A stretch of 64,000 bases of DNA from Flavobacteriales bacterium. GTDB lineage: Bacteria; Bacteroidota; Bacteroidia; Flavobacteriales_F; PHOS-HE28. A program made the position numbers and the translations under genes. The notes beneath the pieces were generated by a model that did not search any database, was not told the DNA's origin, and saw only the letters and a program-made list of their open reading frames with translations. Every line of letters begins with the position of its first letter. Position 1 is the stretch's first letter. The DNA lies in the NCBI GenBank assembly GCA_017987115.1, contig JAGNUG010000005.1, positions 669-64,668 of the forward strand. The letters are read 5' to 3'. Of this stretch, positions 32,472 through 42,682 are shown in pieces.

Positions 32472-33770
32472 ATGCGTAAGTTCATCATCTCCTATGCACT
32501 TCTTGCTTCTCCGCTGGTCGCCCAAGTACCGATCAATGGCCCTATGCCCGGCTATTCGGACATGTTCGAGGTCACGATCTGGATGCAATGCCACGGACCG
32601 TGCAATGCACGTTTGGAGTATTGGAAATTGGAACGGCCTGACAGCATCCTTACAACGGACGAACAAGGCTCACTCTCGTCAAACGCGCATTCCATCGACT
32701 TTGTGGTGGGCCCACTCCTACCCGGTACAACGTATGGCTACAGGGTGCTCTTGGAAGGCAAGCCGATCGATGTAGGGCAGCCGCTTACCTTCAAGACCCA
32801 GCCGCTATGGAAGTTCAGGACCGGCCCACCGGACGTTTCCATCGCTTTGGGGAGCTGCGTGTATATCAATGAACCGATGTATGATAGGCCAGGAAAGCCC
32901 TACGGAAGCGGCTACGAGATCTTCGATGCAATAGCCGCAATGAAACCCGACATGATGCTCTGGCTTGGTGATAACATTTACCTAAGGGAACCTGATTGGG
33001 GCACTCGCACCGGATACTTGCACCGCTACACACATACGCGAAGTACTCCCGAAATGCAGCGTCTACTGCGAAGCACGCAGCACTATGCCATTTGGGATGA
33101 CCATGACTTCGGACCAAATGATGCGGATGGAAGTTTCGTGAACAGTGCACTGGCCAGGGATATGTTCGACCTCTTCTGGCCTAACCCGACCTGTGGTGTT
33201 CCAGGTGTGGAGGGGACGACAACGATGTTCACCTATGCCGATGTGGATCTATTCCTAATGGATGATCGAACATTCCGCCTACCTGGCGATCTGAAGACCT
33301 CTACCCCGGCGATGCTCGGCCGAGCACAGTTGGATTGGCTTATCCATGCTTTGAAATACAGCGATGCCACATTCAAATTAGTGGCCGTTGGTAGCTCGGT
33401 CCTGAATCCGATCACTATGTATGAGAATTACGCTACCATCGCTGAGGAACGCACGGAATTGTTGCGAAGAATAGAGGTCGAAGGGATCAAAGGCGTCATA
33501 TTCCTAACAGGTGATCATCACTTTACGGATCTATCCGAACTAGATCTTTCTAATGGTCGTAAGATCTATGATCTTACCTGCTCGCCGCTTACATCCGGAG
33601 TCTATACACCTGCTGCTAAAAATGATCTGCAAGTTGAAGGAACCTTGTTCACGGAACGCAACTTTGCGACGATCTCGGTTACCGGAAAAACGAAGGAACG
33701 GATATTGACCATGCGCGTATTTGATGCGACAGGCAAAGAACAGTGGACCTACCCTATCCCGCAGGAATAA
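32472..33770 (+). CDS. phoD: PhoD-like alkaline phosphatase (metallophosphatase)
   Basis: 432 aa with a signal peptide. 'MLWLGDNIY', 'AIWDDHDFGPND' and 'VIFLTGDHHF' are metallophosphatase/PhoD blocks. Confidence 0.8.
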   Translation: MRKFIISYALLASPLVAQVPINGPMPGYSDMFEVTIWMQCHGPCNARLEYWKLERPDSILTTDEQGSLSSNAHSIDFVVGPLLPGTTYGYRVLLEGKPIDVGQPLTFKTQPLWKFRTGPPDVSIALGSCVYINEPMYDRPGKPYGSGYEIFDAIAAMKPDMMLWLGDNIYLREPDWGTRTGYLHRYTHTRSTPEMQRLLRSTQHYAIWDDHDFGPNDADGSFVNSALARDMFDLFWPNPTCGVPGVEGTTTMFTYADVDLFLMDDRTFRLPGDLKTSTPAMLGRAQLDWLIHALKYSDATFKLVAVGSSVLNPITMYENYATIAEERTELLRRIEVEGIKGVIFLTGDHHFTDLSELDLSNGRKIYDLTCSPLTSGVYTPAAKNDLQVEGTLFTERNFATISVTGKTKERILTMRVFDATGKEQWTYPIPQE

Positions 33771-33783
33771 CCTGCAATTTGAA

Positions 33784-34395
33784 CTATTTGTAACGGCCCA
33801 TAAAGACCAATTCGCTCAGTGGCCTCCTCTGGCTTCGCTTCAATTCTCGTCCCCGATAAGGTTCCTCCAGCACGTCTGCATTTCCAGGGAAACCAAGCGC
33901 CAATACACTTACAACATCCAAGGCTTCGGGTATTTGAAATGCCTGACGTGCTTGATCCGCATGGAACCCGGCAAGTTGATGCAGACCCATACCCATTGAC
34001 GTGGCCTGTGCGGTAAGTTGCGCTAAAGCACCTCCCAGATCATGTCGCGCGAAGTAGTTCTCCTCGTTATTGTACGCGAAGTTGCGCTGTACCATATTCA
34101 GTATCAAGATCGGTGCTTTATCCGCCCAAGATCGGTTCATGCTCCACAATGAATCCAACATGGCCGCGTGACCATCTTGATCTTTTCGAGTGACCAGAAA
34201 ACGCCATGGTTGTTCATTGTGGCTGCTGCTGGCCCAGCGTGCAGCCTCGAGAACCAGTTCAAGCTCTGCATCCGTAACGTCGCGATCGCTGAAAGCACGT
34301 GGACTGTAACGAGCATTCAGCAGTTGATGGATCCCCAGGTCACTTCGACCGTTGAACTTCATATCCACATCCTTCTTGTCCATCAACCTCTCCAT
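33784..34395 (-). CDS. Nitroreductase family protein
   Basis: 203 aa. 'RYSPRAF' and 'ARWASSSHNEQPWRF' are typical nitroreductase N-terminal motifs. Confidence 0.8.
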   Translation of the reverse strand: MERLMDKKDVDMKFNGRSDLGIHQLLNARYSPRAFSDRDVTDAELELVLEAARWASSSHNEQPWRFLVTRKDQDGHAAMLDSLWSMNRSWADKAPILILNMVQRNFAYNNEENYFARHDLGGALAQLTAQATSMGMGLHQLAGFHADQARQAFQIPEALDVVSVLALGFPGNADVLEEPYRGRELKRSQRRPLSELVFMGRYK

Positions 34396-34862
34396 TTATC
34401 AAGAATACCATTCAACAGCACTGCTTCTTTGTTGCTCAATCGTTCCTGCTCGGATCGAGCATCCGCTTTCATGACAAGATCTATCTCTTCCAACAATTCA
34501 AGCCCGACCTTCGTGATCTTCACAAAAACTACACGACGATCAGTCTCACAACGCTCCCGATGAACTAAGCTCTTGATCACCAACTTGTCCGTTAACCGAG
34601 TAGTATTCGGAGCTCTATCGATCATACGGTCCCGAACGTCGTGCATCTTCATTTGCCCTTTGGAACCGCGCAGGATCCTAAGTATGTTGTACTGCTCCGG
34701 ACTTAGACCGAACGACCTGAAACGTTCTACCGCTTTGCTTCGGAGCCAATTCGCCGTGAACATTGTGTTGAGCATCGCTTTTTGCTGCTCACTATCAAAT
34801 TTGCTTCTTAATTCGTCTGCGATCTTGGGCATGGCAATTGTTTCCGACGCGCTGTGTTTCAA
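34383..34862 (-). CDS. MarR family transcriptional regulator
   Basis: 159 aa with a winged-HTH core ('LSPEQYNILRIL...MKMHDVRDRMIDRAPNTTRLTDKLVIKSLVHRERCETDRRVV'). Overlaps the nitroreductase start by 13 nt. Confidence 0.85.
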   Translation of the reverse strand: MKHSASETIAMPKIADELRSKFDSEQQKAMLNTMFTANWLRSKAVERFRSFGLSPEQYNILRILRGSKGQMKMHDVRDRMIDRAPNTTRLTDKLVIKSLVHRERCETDRRVVFVKITKVGLELLEEIDLVMKADARSEQERLSNKEAVLLNGILDKWRG

Positions 34863-35009
34863 TGTGACAAAGATACGTTTACATTAAATTCCATGGAATG
34901 CAAATTTTCGCAGATCACAGATCTACATGAGGCACCCGGCAACTGACTATTCAAGCCAATTTGAAGGTTCGCCTTACCTTGCCGATCGTAAGAAAACCTA
35001 TTCCAGTAA

Positions 35010-35720
35010 ATGAAATTGAATGCCATTATCAGCTTAAGTTCAGCTGTAGCTATTCTGTTCTCGGGGTGCAATGCGCCTTCGGATAATTCCAAGGATGATG
35101 TGTCCGCGCGAACGGAACGTTCGGTGCAGGATGCGGAGCCTCCAGTTCCAGTGCAACGATCTGCTTCAACTCCATTGGATCGCGACGAATGGCAACGGCC
35201 GGAAGTCATTATCGGAATGGCGAATAGCGACCTCACCGGTATGGTCTTCGGCGACCTTTTTGCCGGTGATGGCTATTTCACATGGAAACTGATCGATGCT
35301 GGCGCAAATGTGATCTCAGTCGATAATGACCCTAAGAATATTGAAGCCCTGCAAGCCGAGAAAAAGGCACGTGGTCTAAGTGATGAACGACTTAAGATCC
35401 GAGCTGTTCCTGTAGGTGACCCAGGACTCAATTCAGATGAAGTGGATGTGGCATTGCTCGTTCACAAATACTATGGCATTCTGGATAAACCAGCATACTT
35501 CGAACGACTGCGTAAGGGTATGCGCTACCCCAAATACCTAATGGTCGTTGATTGGCAGTATCGTGAAACTCCCATTGGGCCTGCGATGAGTGAACGGACC
35601 CCTACGAATGACCTGATGGAGGCATTGTTGAAATATGGATGGTCCGATGTTGGCGCCCATTCCGACAAGATCCCGTTCCAAGTGGTGTTCTTCGCGAACG
35701 ATCCGATGGATGATATGTGA
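35010..35720 (+). CDS. Class I SAM-dependent methyltransferase-like lipoprotein
   Basis: 236 aa. Lipobox 'ILFSGC' and motif-I-like 'VFGDLFAGDGYFTWKL'. Confidence 0.6.
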   Translation: MKLNAIISLSSAVAILFSGCNAPSDNSKDDVSARTERSVQDAEPPVPVQRSASTPLDRDEWQRPEVIIGMANSDLTGMVFGDLFAGDGYFTWKLIDAGANVISVDNDPKNIEALQAEKKARGLSDERLKIRAVPVGDPGLNSDEVDVALLVHKYYGILDKPAYFERLRKGMRYPKYLMVVDWQYRETPIGPAMSERTPTNDLMEALLKYGWSDVGAHSDKIPFQVVFFANDPMDDM

Positions 35721-35728
35721 TCTTCCGT

Positions 35729-36157
35729 TCAAGCCTGAACGTGTGCTCTCCGCTCTTGCTCAGCAAGTTCCTTCTTTGTTGGTTCAACCCCAACATAATC
35801 CATGAACATCGTTGCCCATAGGATCTTTGACAAAGCGTACATGATCGGGCCGCACAGGAATAATGTTGAAAGTATCGCGACGATCCTGGTCCATATTGCA
35901 GCATTCGGAAAAAGGACGATACAAGCGACATAGACTGTAACACAAAGCGCTACGGCCAAGGCATAAGAGACGTACATGGCACCGTAATAGAACCCTGGCT
36001 CTCGCTCGAATTTTCTTCCACATACCGAGCATTCCTTATGAAGGTCTCCAGCTTTTGTCAGATCATACGGATTGCTTGAGATGAAAAAATTGCCTTCGTG
36101 GCAATATGGGCATTTGAAATTGACTATGCTGTACAGCTTAGTTCCTTTCGAAAACAT
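35729..36157 (-). CDS. DUF983-like zinc-ribbon membrane protein
   Basis: 142 aa. 'CPYCHEG...CSVCG' followed by two TM helices. Confidence 0.65.
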   Translation of the reverse strand: MFSKGTKLYSIVNFKCPYCHEGNFFISSNPYDLTKAGDLHKECSVCGRKFEREPGFYYGAMYVSYALAVALCVTVYVACIVLFPNAAIWTRIVAILSTLFLCGPIMYALSKILWATMFMDYVGVEPTKKELAEQERRAHVQA

Positions 36158-36262
36158 TTTGATGATCTATTAGCTGTTGTACGAGCCACGAAGGTAGGTT
36201 CAAGTGTTGCTGGTCGTAAGCGATAAATGTCACGTGGTGATCCTTCTCGTTGATCAAAAAGA

Positions 36263-36293
36263 AACGGCCGCCCTGTATGATCGAGCGGCCGTT
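36263..36293 (-). terminator. Rho-independent terminator of the ompA-like gene
   Basis: AACGGCCGC/GCGGCCGTT 9-bp stem. On the - strand it is followed by TTTTT (36257-36261). Confidence 0.7.
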
Positions 36294-36315
36294 GCCAAAA
36301 AAGGATCGATGGTGA

Positions 36316-37680
36316 TCACTCCCAGAACATCACTTTGAATTCAACGCGACGGTTCTGCGCGCGACCAGCGGACGTCTTGTTATCACCAACTGGCTCGGTT
36401 TCACCGTGGCCAAAAGACTTTAAACGAGCAGCACTTACTGCTTTACCCTCCAAATAGCTCTTCACGGAAGCGGCACGCTGCTCGCTAAGGGTGAAATTCT
36501 TGGCATCATCGCCTTGATCATCGGTATGGCCATGGATCTCCAAGTTATAGGACGGATTATCGCTCATGACTTCAACGACCTGGTCGAGTATGCTATAGCT
36601 CGTCTTCTTGATCATGGCCTTTCCTGTTTCGAATTGTATACCAGTAAGTGCCTTTGCGAATAGCTTCTTCACATCCTCATTGATCTCAGGGCAGCCCTTC
36701 ATGCTTGCAACACCTGCTACTGTCGGGCACTTATCCTGATGATCCGCAATACCGTCTCCATCGCTGTCCGGGCAACCTTGCTTGTCCGCAGGGCCTGCCT
36801 TATCCGGACATGCATCCATTTTGTCCGCAACACCATCGCCATCCTTATCCGGGCAGCCATTGGTTGCTACAACTCCAGCTTCGTCCGGGCAAGCATCTTC
36901 TTTATCGATAATGCCATCTTTGTCCCGGTCGTCTTCAGGATGAAGATTGATACTTATCCCATCGATGTAATAATACGCACGCTGATTATCGGGCCCCTCG
37001 ATCATTTTGGTCTTTTCCATTCCGGAAGCAGGGAATGCTCCGATCACCAGGAACTTCTCGTCACCATCAGCAACAAAAGTTCCCTTAACATCCACCCAAT
37101 TCGCTTTGTCACCCAACACCGTGGCGCTGGAAACGTCTGCTGCTTCGGTCAGGAAATGACGATGGTTGTATTTCAGTTCAGTAGGTGATGCAAATGCTCC
37201 GATACCGCTAACTGCGCGATCGCTATTTCCTGCCAATTTTACTTTGAATGCGATATCGTATTTCTGACCTGCAGCCAACGGACCAGCAAGTGCTGTCTCC
37301 AAATACTCACTGTACTGGTTCCATGCAGGTTTCAATGGATCTTCATCACGACCATTCAACATGCGCTTCCAATTCGGGCGCATATCATCTTTCCATGCAA
37401 CGAAACCAGCATAGTATTCACCTTCTTGAGCAGCAGTGCTACCCAATTCGTTGTCAGGGATGCCTGTAGTGGTCTTGCAACTTTCCTTGCTGAAAATGTC
37501 CACGGAGCCAAGATTCGCGTTGGACCATCCTGTAGCGCGATCCAATTGATCCCAAGCAGTAACATTGGAACTGAGACCTTCAAAACCACCATTGCTGATC
37601 AGGTTGGGGCCTTTGTCTTGGGCCATAAGGCCTACCGAGCATAACATCCCGGTCATTGTAAGCGTAATTATTCTGTTCAT
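36316..37680 (-). CDS. OmpA-family protein with thrombospondin type 3 repeats
   Basis: 454 aa from the second ATG. Signal peptide, Asp-rich 'DKDGIIDKEDACPDEAG', 'DKDGDGVADKMDACPD' and 'DSDGDGIADHQDKCP' repeats, and a C-terminal OmpA domain ('NRRVEF'). Confidence 0.85.
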   Translation of the reverse strand: MNRIITLTMTGMLCSVGLMAQDKGPNLISNGGFEGLSSNVTAWDQLDRATGWSNANLGSVDIFSKESCKTTTGIPDNELGSTAAQEGEYYAGFVAWKDDMRPNWKRMLNGRDEDPLKPAWNQYSEYLETALAGPLAAGQKYDIAFKVKLAGNSDRAVSGIGAFASPTELKYNHRHFLTEAADVSSATVLGDKANWVDVKGTFVADGDEKFLVIGAFPASGMEKTKMIEGPDNQRAYYYIDGISINLHPEDDRDKDGIIDKEDACPDEAGVVATNGCPDKDGDGVADKMDACPDKAGPADKQGCPDSDGDGIADHQDKCPTVAGVASMKGCPEINEDVKKLFAKALTGIQFETGKAMIKKTSYSILDQVVEVMSDNPSYNLEIHGHTDDQGDDAKNFTLSEQRAASVKSYLEGKAVSAARLKSFGHGETEPVGDNKTSAGRAQNRRVEFKVMFWE

Positions 37681-37790
37681 CGGAATTTGTAATTGAGGGT
37701 TGATCACAATACCTGAGACGACCGCTTCTACGGTCCGTCACTTCTCAATTCCGAAATTTCTCGAGAACTACCTATTTCCGCCAACACGAA

Positions 37791-38546
37791 CTATTCGGTT
37801 CCGACTTTCTCACGTACCGAAATGGCATCCAAATAAAAGAACGCGTACCGATTATCGTAGCCTTCTATCAAATTCACGGATTCACCACCAACGTAAGGAT
37901 ACGTGCCAATTACAAGAAACGATTCCCCACCATCAGCGACGAATTCACCACGGATCTCCTTCCACGCCCCTTTTTCTTTGATGATCTCCTCCATATAGAC
38001 CTGCGGAACGACCTCAACGAATTTCCGATGTTGATGATCCATGCGCTCGACACAGAAATGTGCCCCGATCCCCATGATGCTTCTATCGCTATTACCAGCC
38101 AAAGCCACATGAAACACCACTTCGTAGGTCACATTCTCCTTGAGCGGCTGGTTCAGTTGGCACTGTAGGTATTCGGAATATTCATTCCAGCCAGGCACGA
38201 AGACATCGTCAGGATCATTCGCATCAAAATTGCGGCGAACATCATCCTTCCAAGCAAAGAAGCCCGCATAATTAGCTCCATCCACGGACTTTATGGACCC
38301 GTAGTCGTTTTCAGGCACACCAACCGTCTTCGCCTGAGCATCGGGAACGAAAACATCACACAACCCAAGCGTTGCATTTGACCAGCCCTCGGCATTAGGC
38401 AACTGATCGAATGTTTTCACTGGCTTTTCAAGCTGTTCAAAGGATCCGTTAGGAACCAGCTCAACGGGGGATTGAGCGCTCGCTGCCGAAAACGATAAGA
38501 TCGAAACGTAACAGATGATGGTATTCTTGGTTATCATGCTTCTCAA
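37791..38546 (-). CDS. Secreted protein paralogous to the N-terminal domain of the adjacent OmpA-like protein
   Basis: 251 aa. 'PNGSFEQL...EGWSNATLG..DVF...YAGFFAWKDD' aligns with 'SNGGFEGL...TGWSNANLGSVDIF...YAGFVAWKDD' of 36316-37680. Confidence 0.7.
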   Translation of the reverse strand: MRSMITKNTIICYVSILSFSAASAQSPVELVPNGSFEQLEKPVKTFDQLPNAEGWSNATLGLCDVFVPDAQAKTVGVPENDYGSIKSVDGANYAGFFAWKDDVRRNFDANDPDDVFVPGWNEYSEYLQCQLNQPLKENVTYEVVFHVALAGNSDRSIMGIGAHFCVERMDHQHRKFVEVVPQVYMEEIIKEKGAWKEIRGEFVADGGESFLVIGTYPYVGGESVNLIEGYDNRYAFFYLDAISVREKVGTE

Positions 38547-38558
38547 TTTCTTGTGTCT

Positions 38559-39092
38559 TTACTTGATCCGATCAGCGAAAACTTTGCGGAACTTATCCAT
38601 TTTGGGTCGGATCACCATTTGGCAATATCCCTGCTCACCATTCAATTCAAAGTAGTCCTTATGATAGTTTTCGGCAGCATAGAACTCAGCAACAGGAGCG
38701 ATCTCTGTTACTAACGGTTCCGCATAGGCACCACTTTCATCCAATTTCTTCATATATGCGTCTGCGGTCCGTTGTTGTTCATCCGTGTGATAAAAAATAA
38801 CACTGCGGTACTGCGAACCCACATCCGCCCCTTGGCGGTCTTTGGTCGTCGGATCATGGGTTCCCCAGAACACTTCCAACAATTGGTCCAAAGACAGGAT
38901 CGTTGGATCGTACACCACTTGTGCGACCTCGGCATGACCTGTATTTCCTGTACACACTTCCTTGTACGTTGGGTTAATTGTTCGGCCGCCCATGTATCCC
39001 GAAGTAACTGAGATCACTCCTTTGAGTTCCTTCAATACCGCCTCGACACACCAGAAGCAACCTGCACCCAGCGTAATGGTATCACGTAACAT
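38559..39092 (-). CDS. msrA: Peptide-methionine (S)-S-oxide reductase
   Basis: 177 aa. 'GAGCFWCVEA' catalytic motif and 'GHAEVAQVVYDP'. Confidence 0.9.
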   Translation of the reverse strand: MLRDTITLGAGCFWCVEAVLKELKGVISVTSGYMGGRTINPTYKEVCTGNTGHAEVAQVVYDPTILSLDQLLEVFWGTHDPTTKDRQGADVGSQYRSVIFYHTDEQQRTADAYMKKLDESGAYAEPLVTEIAPVAEFYAAENYHKDYFELNGEQGYCQMVIRPKMDKFRKVFADRIK

Positions 39093-39259
39093 ATTGATCT
39101 GTGGTTGACTTTAACAAAAACTCGAATGTATCCATGTCCGAATTCAATGGAATTGAATAACTCGCGCAAAAGTAACCGTTCGGGATATGTAATTCGCTCA
39201 GTCACCACCGGCCCGTGTTGGATCTAAAAGGCGCGTTCGTGAACAAGGATGTCCAGGAG

Positions 39260-40525
39260 TTAAGATCTATTGATCTTCTTCAATAGTGCTTTTCCGATCC
39301 GTTCAACGACACCAACAACAAGTGCATTCCCCATGAAGAATGCTCTCCATGCAGCACTCGGCCCTTCCGTATGGTTGTCCGGGAACATGTTGATGCGTTC
39401 CAATTCGATCGGCGTAAGGCGGCGATAACGCTTGCCGTCTTGGCAGACCACATGCTTGAAACGCGAAGCAGCATTGCCGCCCTCGCCGGTTATGATGGTA
39501 CGTGCGGGTTTATCCAATGGATCTGGAAATGCCATTGCCCCTTCCGAATATGTGTACTCGTGCCCATTTATCGCCGAGATACGCGCTGCACTTTTGGCCC
39601 CTTTTTGATATTTCCATGCTTTCAGGTCCTTTCGAGCTATGTAGAAATTGGCAGGCACTTCCTTTTCTGGTTGAAGAAGATCTCCCAGAACCATAGGTTC
39701 ATCATTGCTCAAACTGGAAACCTTGCACGTGTAAACCTTGGCTCCGATCATCACGCCAGCATTCTTGAATGGCGATAATCCTTTGAATGCACCGAAATCA
39801 TTGGATAGAAGCAATAGACTTTGATCAATGTCCAGTGTATCTACTTTGCTTTCTTCTTTGCATGGAAACGCTTCCGCGAGAACGCCCTTTTTCCGCAGCC
39901 AAACAGCAGGATCCGAATGCTTAAGTGTTTCGAAGAGTGGTGTACTGCGGTGATAACCGACAAGGAATACCCTTCGCCGGCGTTGCGGCATCCCATAATC
40001 CGCTGCATTGATCACTCGCCACTCGATGGCATAACCCAGAAGGTCCAATGAACGCAACATGATGGCGAGATCCCTACCCCGCTGCCCTGTAGGTGATCCC
40101 AATAGGCGATCCACGTTCTCAAGGATCAAATAGGCCGGTGGTGTTTTCTTATCGCTGAGAATTCTATGGATCTGCCACCAAAGCACACCTTTCTTGCCTA
40201 CCAATCCTTTGGAGCGATGTAACGTACTTGCAACCGAGTAGTCCTGGCAAGGAAATCCACCTACAAGCACATCATGATCCGGAATATCCTCAATACCGAT
40301 CTCACCGATGTCCTTATTCGTATGATGCTCTTCACCAAAACGAGCGGCATATACCTCAGAGGCGTGTTGCTTACGCTTACCTGGTTCCCATTGATTGCTG
40401 AAGATCACGCTGAAACCATACGTGTTGCTGCTCGCACGCTCCAGCCCAAGCCGGAATCCACCAACACCGGCGAAGAGCTCTGCTACGCGTAAATACTGTT
40501 TCGAAGAATTTTTTTTTCGGGCCAC
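39260..40525 (-). CDS. dcm: DNA (cytosine-5)-methyltransferase
   Basis: 421 aa. Motif I 'ELFAGVGGF', IV 'GGFPCQDYS', VI 'LILENV', VIII 'QRRRRVFLVG', IX 'RLTPIELERINMFPD', X 'GNALVV'. No endonuclease or vsr next to it. Confidence 0.9.
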   Translation of the reverse strand: MARKKNSSKQYLRVAELFAGVGGFRLGLERASSNTYGFSVIFSNQWEPGKRKQHASEVYAARFGEEHHTNKDIGEIGIEDIPDHDVLVGGFPCQDYSVASTLHRSKGLVGKKGVLWWQIHRILSDKKTPPAYLILENVDRLLGSPTGQRGRDLAIMLRSLDLLGYAIEWRVINAADYGMPQRRRRVFLVGYHRSTPLFETLKHSDPAVWLRKKGVLAEAFPCKEESKVDTLDIDQSLLLLSNDFGAFKGLSPFKNAGVMIGAKVYTCKVSSLSNDEPMVLGDLLQPEKEVPANFYIARKDLKAWKYQKGAKSAARISAINGHEYTYSEGAMAFPDPLDKPARTIITGEGGNAASRFKHVVCQDGKRYRRLTPIELERINMFPDNHTEGPSAAWRAFFMGNALVVGVVERIGKALLKKINRS

Positions 40526-40787
40526 GGCGGGCCGAACTTAGCAATATGTGGCCCTTTCGATCAAGTTTTTATTCCGGGTTACATTAACGTAACCTTGTGA
40601 ATACTATCCACTGATCCAGCACCGGATCCATGTTCGGCTATGATAATTGTGCACTTATTGAGATCAGATCCGACCGAACCTGGATGACTGCTTAACATAC
40701 ATTTGACGCGGGTTTAACAGTGGTACGAAATGACTTGCCGACCTTTGCCGTGTTATTGTACTTTATGGTTCCGAAATAATTGAAGAT

Positions 40788-41465
40788 ATGGCCCAGAAGG
40801 TTTTATTAGTGGATGATGAGGCAGACGTCTTGGAACTGCTGAAATACAACCTGGAGCGGGAAGGGTTTCAGGTGTTGACGGCGTTGAACGGTAAGGATGC
40901 GATCAAAGCAGCTAAAGCGGAGAAGCCGGATCTTATAGTCTTGGACATTATGATGCCTGGCATGGACGGCGTTGAGGTATGCACCCTGCTCAGACAACTT
41001 CCGGAATTCAAGCATACGGTGATCACCTTCCTGACTGCCCGTGGAGAGGATTACTCTCAAATAGCTGGTTTTGAGGCAGGTGCGGACGACTATATAACCA
41101 AACCTGTGCGACCAAAACTTTTCGTAAGTAAGGTGAAAGCCTTGTTGAAACGCACTGGTTCCAGTGAGGTCCTGGATCATGAAATGCTGGAAAGCAACGG
41201 AGTGCGCGTTGATCTGGAAAAAGTGATGGTCTACACGGATGGAAAGGAGCTTCAATTGCCAAAAAAGGAATTCGAACTGCTCATATTATTGATGAGCAAG
41301 CCCGGCAAGGTTTTTAAGCGGGATGAGATCTACAATAGGATATGGGGAAATGAACTCTTTGTTGGGGACCGAACGATCGATGTCCATATCCGCAAATTGC
41401 GGGAAAAATTAGGCGATGACCGGATCGGTACCGTAAAAGGTGTGGGCTACAAATTCGACGCTTAG
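40788..41465 (+). CDS. OmpR/PhoB-family response regulator
   Basis: 225 aa. Receiver domain 'VLLVDDE...DLIVLDIMMPGMDG' plus a winged-helix C-terminus 'VHIRKLREKL...VKGVGYKF'. No adjacent histidine kinase. Confidence 0.9.
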   Translation: MAQKVLLVDDEADVLELLKYNLEREGFQVLTALNGKDAIKAAKAEKPDLIVLDIMMPGMDGVEVCTLLRQLPEFKHTVITFLTARGEDYSQIAGFEAGADDYITKPVRPKLFVSKVKALLKRTGSSEVLDHEMLESNGVRVDLEKVMVYTDGKELQLPKKEFELLILLMSKPGKVFKRDEIYNRIWGNELFVGDRTIDVHIRKLREKLGDDRIGTVKGVGYKFDA

Positions 41466-41596
41466 TGGATCTTAGGCGCTTTATCTGGATTTAAGTGCCG
41501 TTCGCACTACGATTTCGACCTTTCCTCTAGTTCAGCTATTTTTTTGTCCCTTAGAGGCATCCTTCTGTATGGTACACGCGTCTACTATACGATACA

Positions 41597-41788
41597 ATGT
41601 CACGCTCCTACAAAATATCGCTGATACTCAAAAGCAAGAGTAGCCTACCCGTATACCGGGATCTGGAGAAATTGAGCGACCGTGAATTGGATGAACATGT
41701 GCTTGAAATGGTCCGTAGAATGAAGGCCAATGAAAGTGCGGTAATAGCCCGGATGGTGCTTCGCCAACCAACGTTCAGCCTTAACTGA
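41597..41788 (+). CDS. Hypothetical small protein
   Basis: 63-aa ATG ORF in an intergenic stretch. No motif. Confidence 0.3.
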   Translation: MSRSYKISLILKSKSSLPVYRDLEKLSDRELDEHVLEMVRRMKANESAVIARMVLRQPTFSLN

Positions 41789-41889
41789 GATCAGGATCAC
41801 AAGATCCCGGATCTTTGTTGCTCAATTCTTTTCTTCCAGAATTTGGATCGTATGGGTTCACGGTTATATTTGTCGCAGAACCCTTCCTC

Positions 41890-42015
41890 ATGAGCGACCA
41901 ACATTTCGACGACCATTTCCCAGCTGAAGCTGAACAAAATGAGATCGGTGGGCCTGTATTGCTGGCCCTGATGACCTTGGGTATGATCGTGCTGCTTATT
42001 TGGGCACTCGGATAA
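41890..42015 (+). CDS. Hypothetical small membrane-anchored protein
   Basis: 41 aa from an internal ATG with C-terminal TM 'GGPVLLALMTLGMIVLLIWAL'. Confidence 0.25.
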   Translation: MSDQHFDDHFPAEAEQNEIGGPVLLALMTLGMIVLLIWALG

Positions 42016-42127
42016 GCCAAAGGATCGATCGCCCTTCTTCGTGGTGAATTTGTTTTGCTGAATGGCGTTCTAAAAATAACCGCGCGCCGTTCCTATTTGC
42101 TTTTGTAGCCAAATAGCTGGTAGAGCG

Positions 42128-42535
42128 TTATTTGGAATTCTTTTGAGGGTCGCCAGCCCTATCCAGGTACTCATCCCTGCGCACGAGCATGAACCAATTC
42201 TCGGTCAGTTCCAAATAGCCTTGCTCAAAACAGAATACATAATTGTTCCCTGCTTTGGTTACGTGGGTATTGGTATGGTACATGAAACTGAACCCATGCT
42301 CCAACAACTTCTCTCTGTGCACCTTCGTTTTTCCTTCAAGACCTGTATTCAATTCAGATAGGATCCTGCGGTTCCGTTTCAATGTATTGACTACGTTGCG
42401 CACATAATTTATGCTGCTATTGTTCGCGTGATAGTGGAAGAGATTTCGGCACGCATCTGAACAAAATCGTTTGTCGGTGCGACCAACGATCTTCTCACCA
42501 CACTCTAAACAGACCTTTTCGGTAACGGCTGGCAT
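42128..42535 (-). CDS. Zinc-ribbon hypothetical protein
   Basis: 135 aa. 'CLECGEKIVGRTDKRFCSDACRN' N-terminal Cys4 motif. Confidence 0.6.
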   Translation of the reverse strand: MPAVTEKVCLECGEKIVGRTDKRFCSDACRNLFHYHANNSSINYVRNVVNTLKRNRRILSELNTGLEGKTKVHREKLLEHGFSFMYHTNTHVTKAGNNYVFCFEQGYLELTENWFMLVRRDEYLDRAGDPQKNSK

Positions 42536-42682
42536 GATCCGAATGTAATAGGATCTTTATGAATTGATCTTCTCGAACGACCAATAAGATCCGTGACACA
42601 TGAAAACATTGTTCCGGACGTCTCTCAAAAAGGAACCCCATCGATGCAACGCACCAATGGGGTTCCAAGATCGATCGGTTCA

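Noticed and set aside
40788-41465. Response regulator without a kinase as part of a novel system with the adjacent small ORFs
   Set aside because: Orphan OmpR-type regulators are common. The neighbouring small ORFs are weak and show no coupling.
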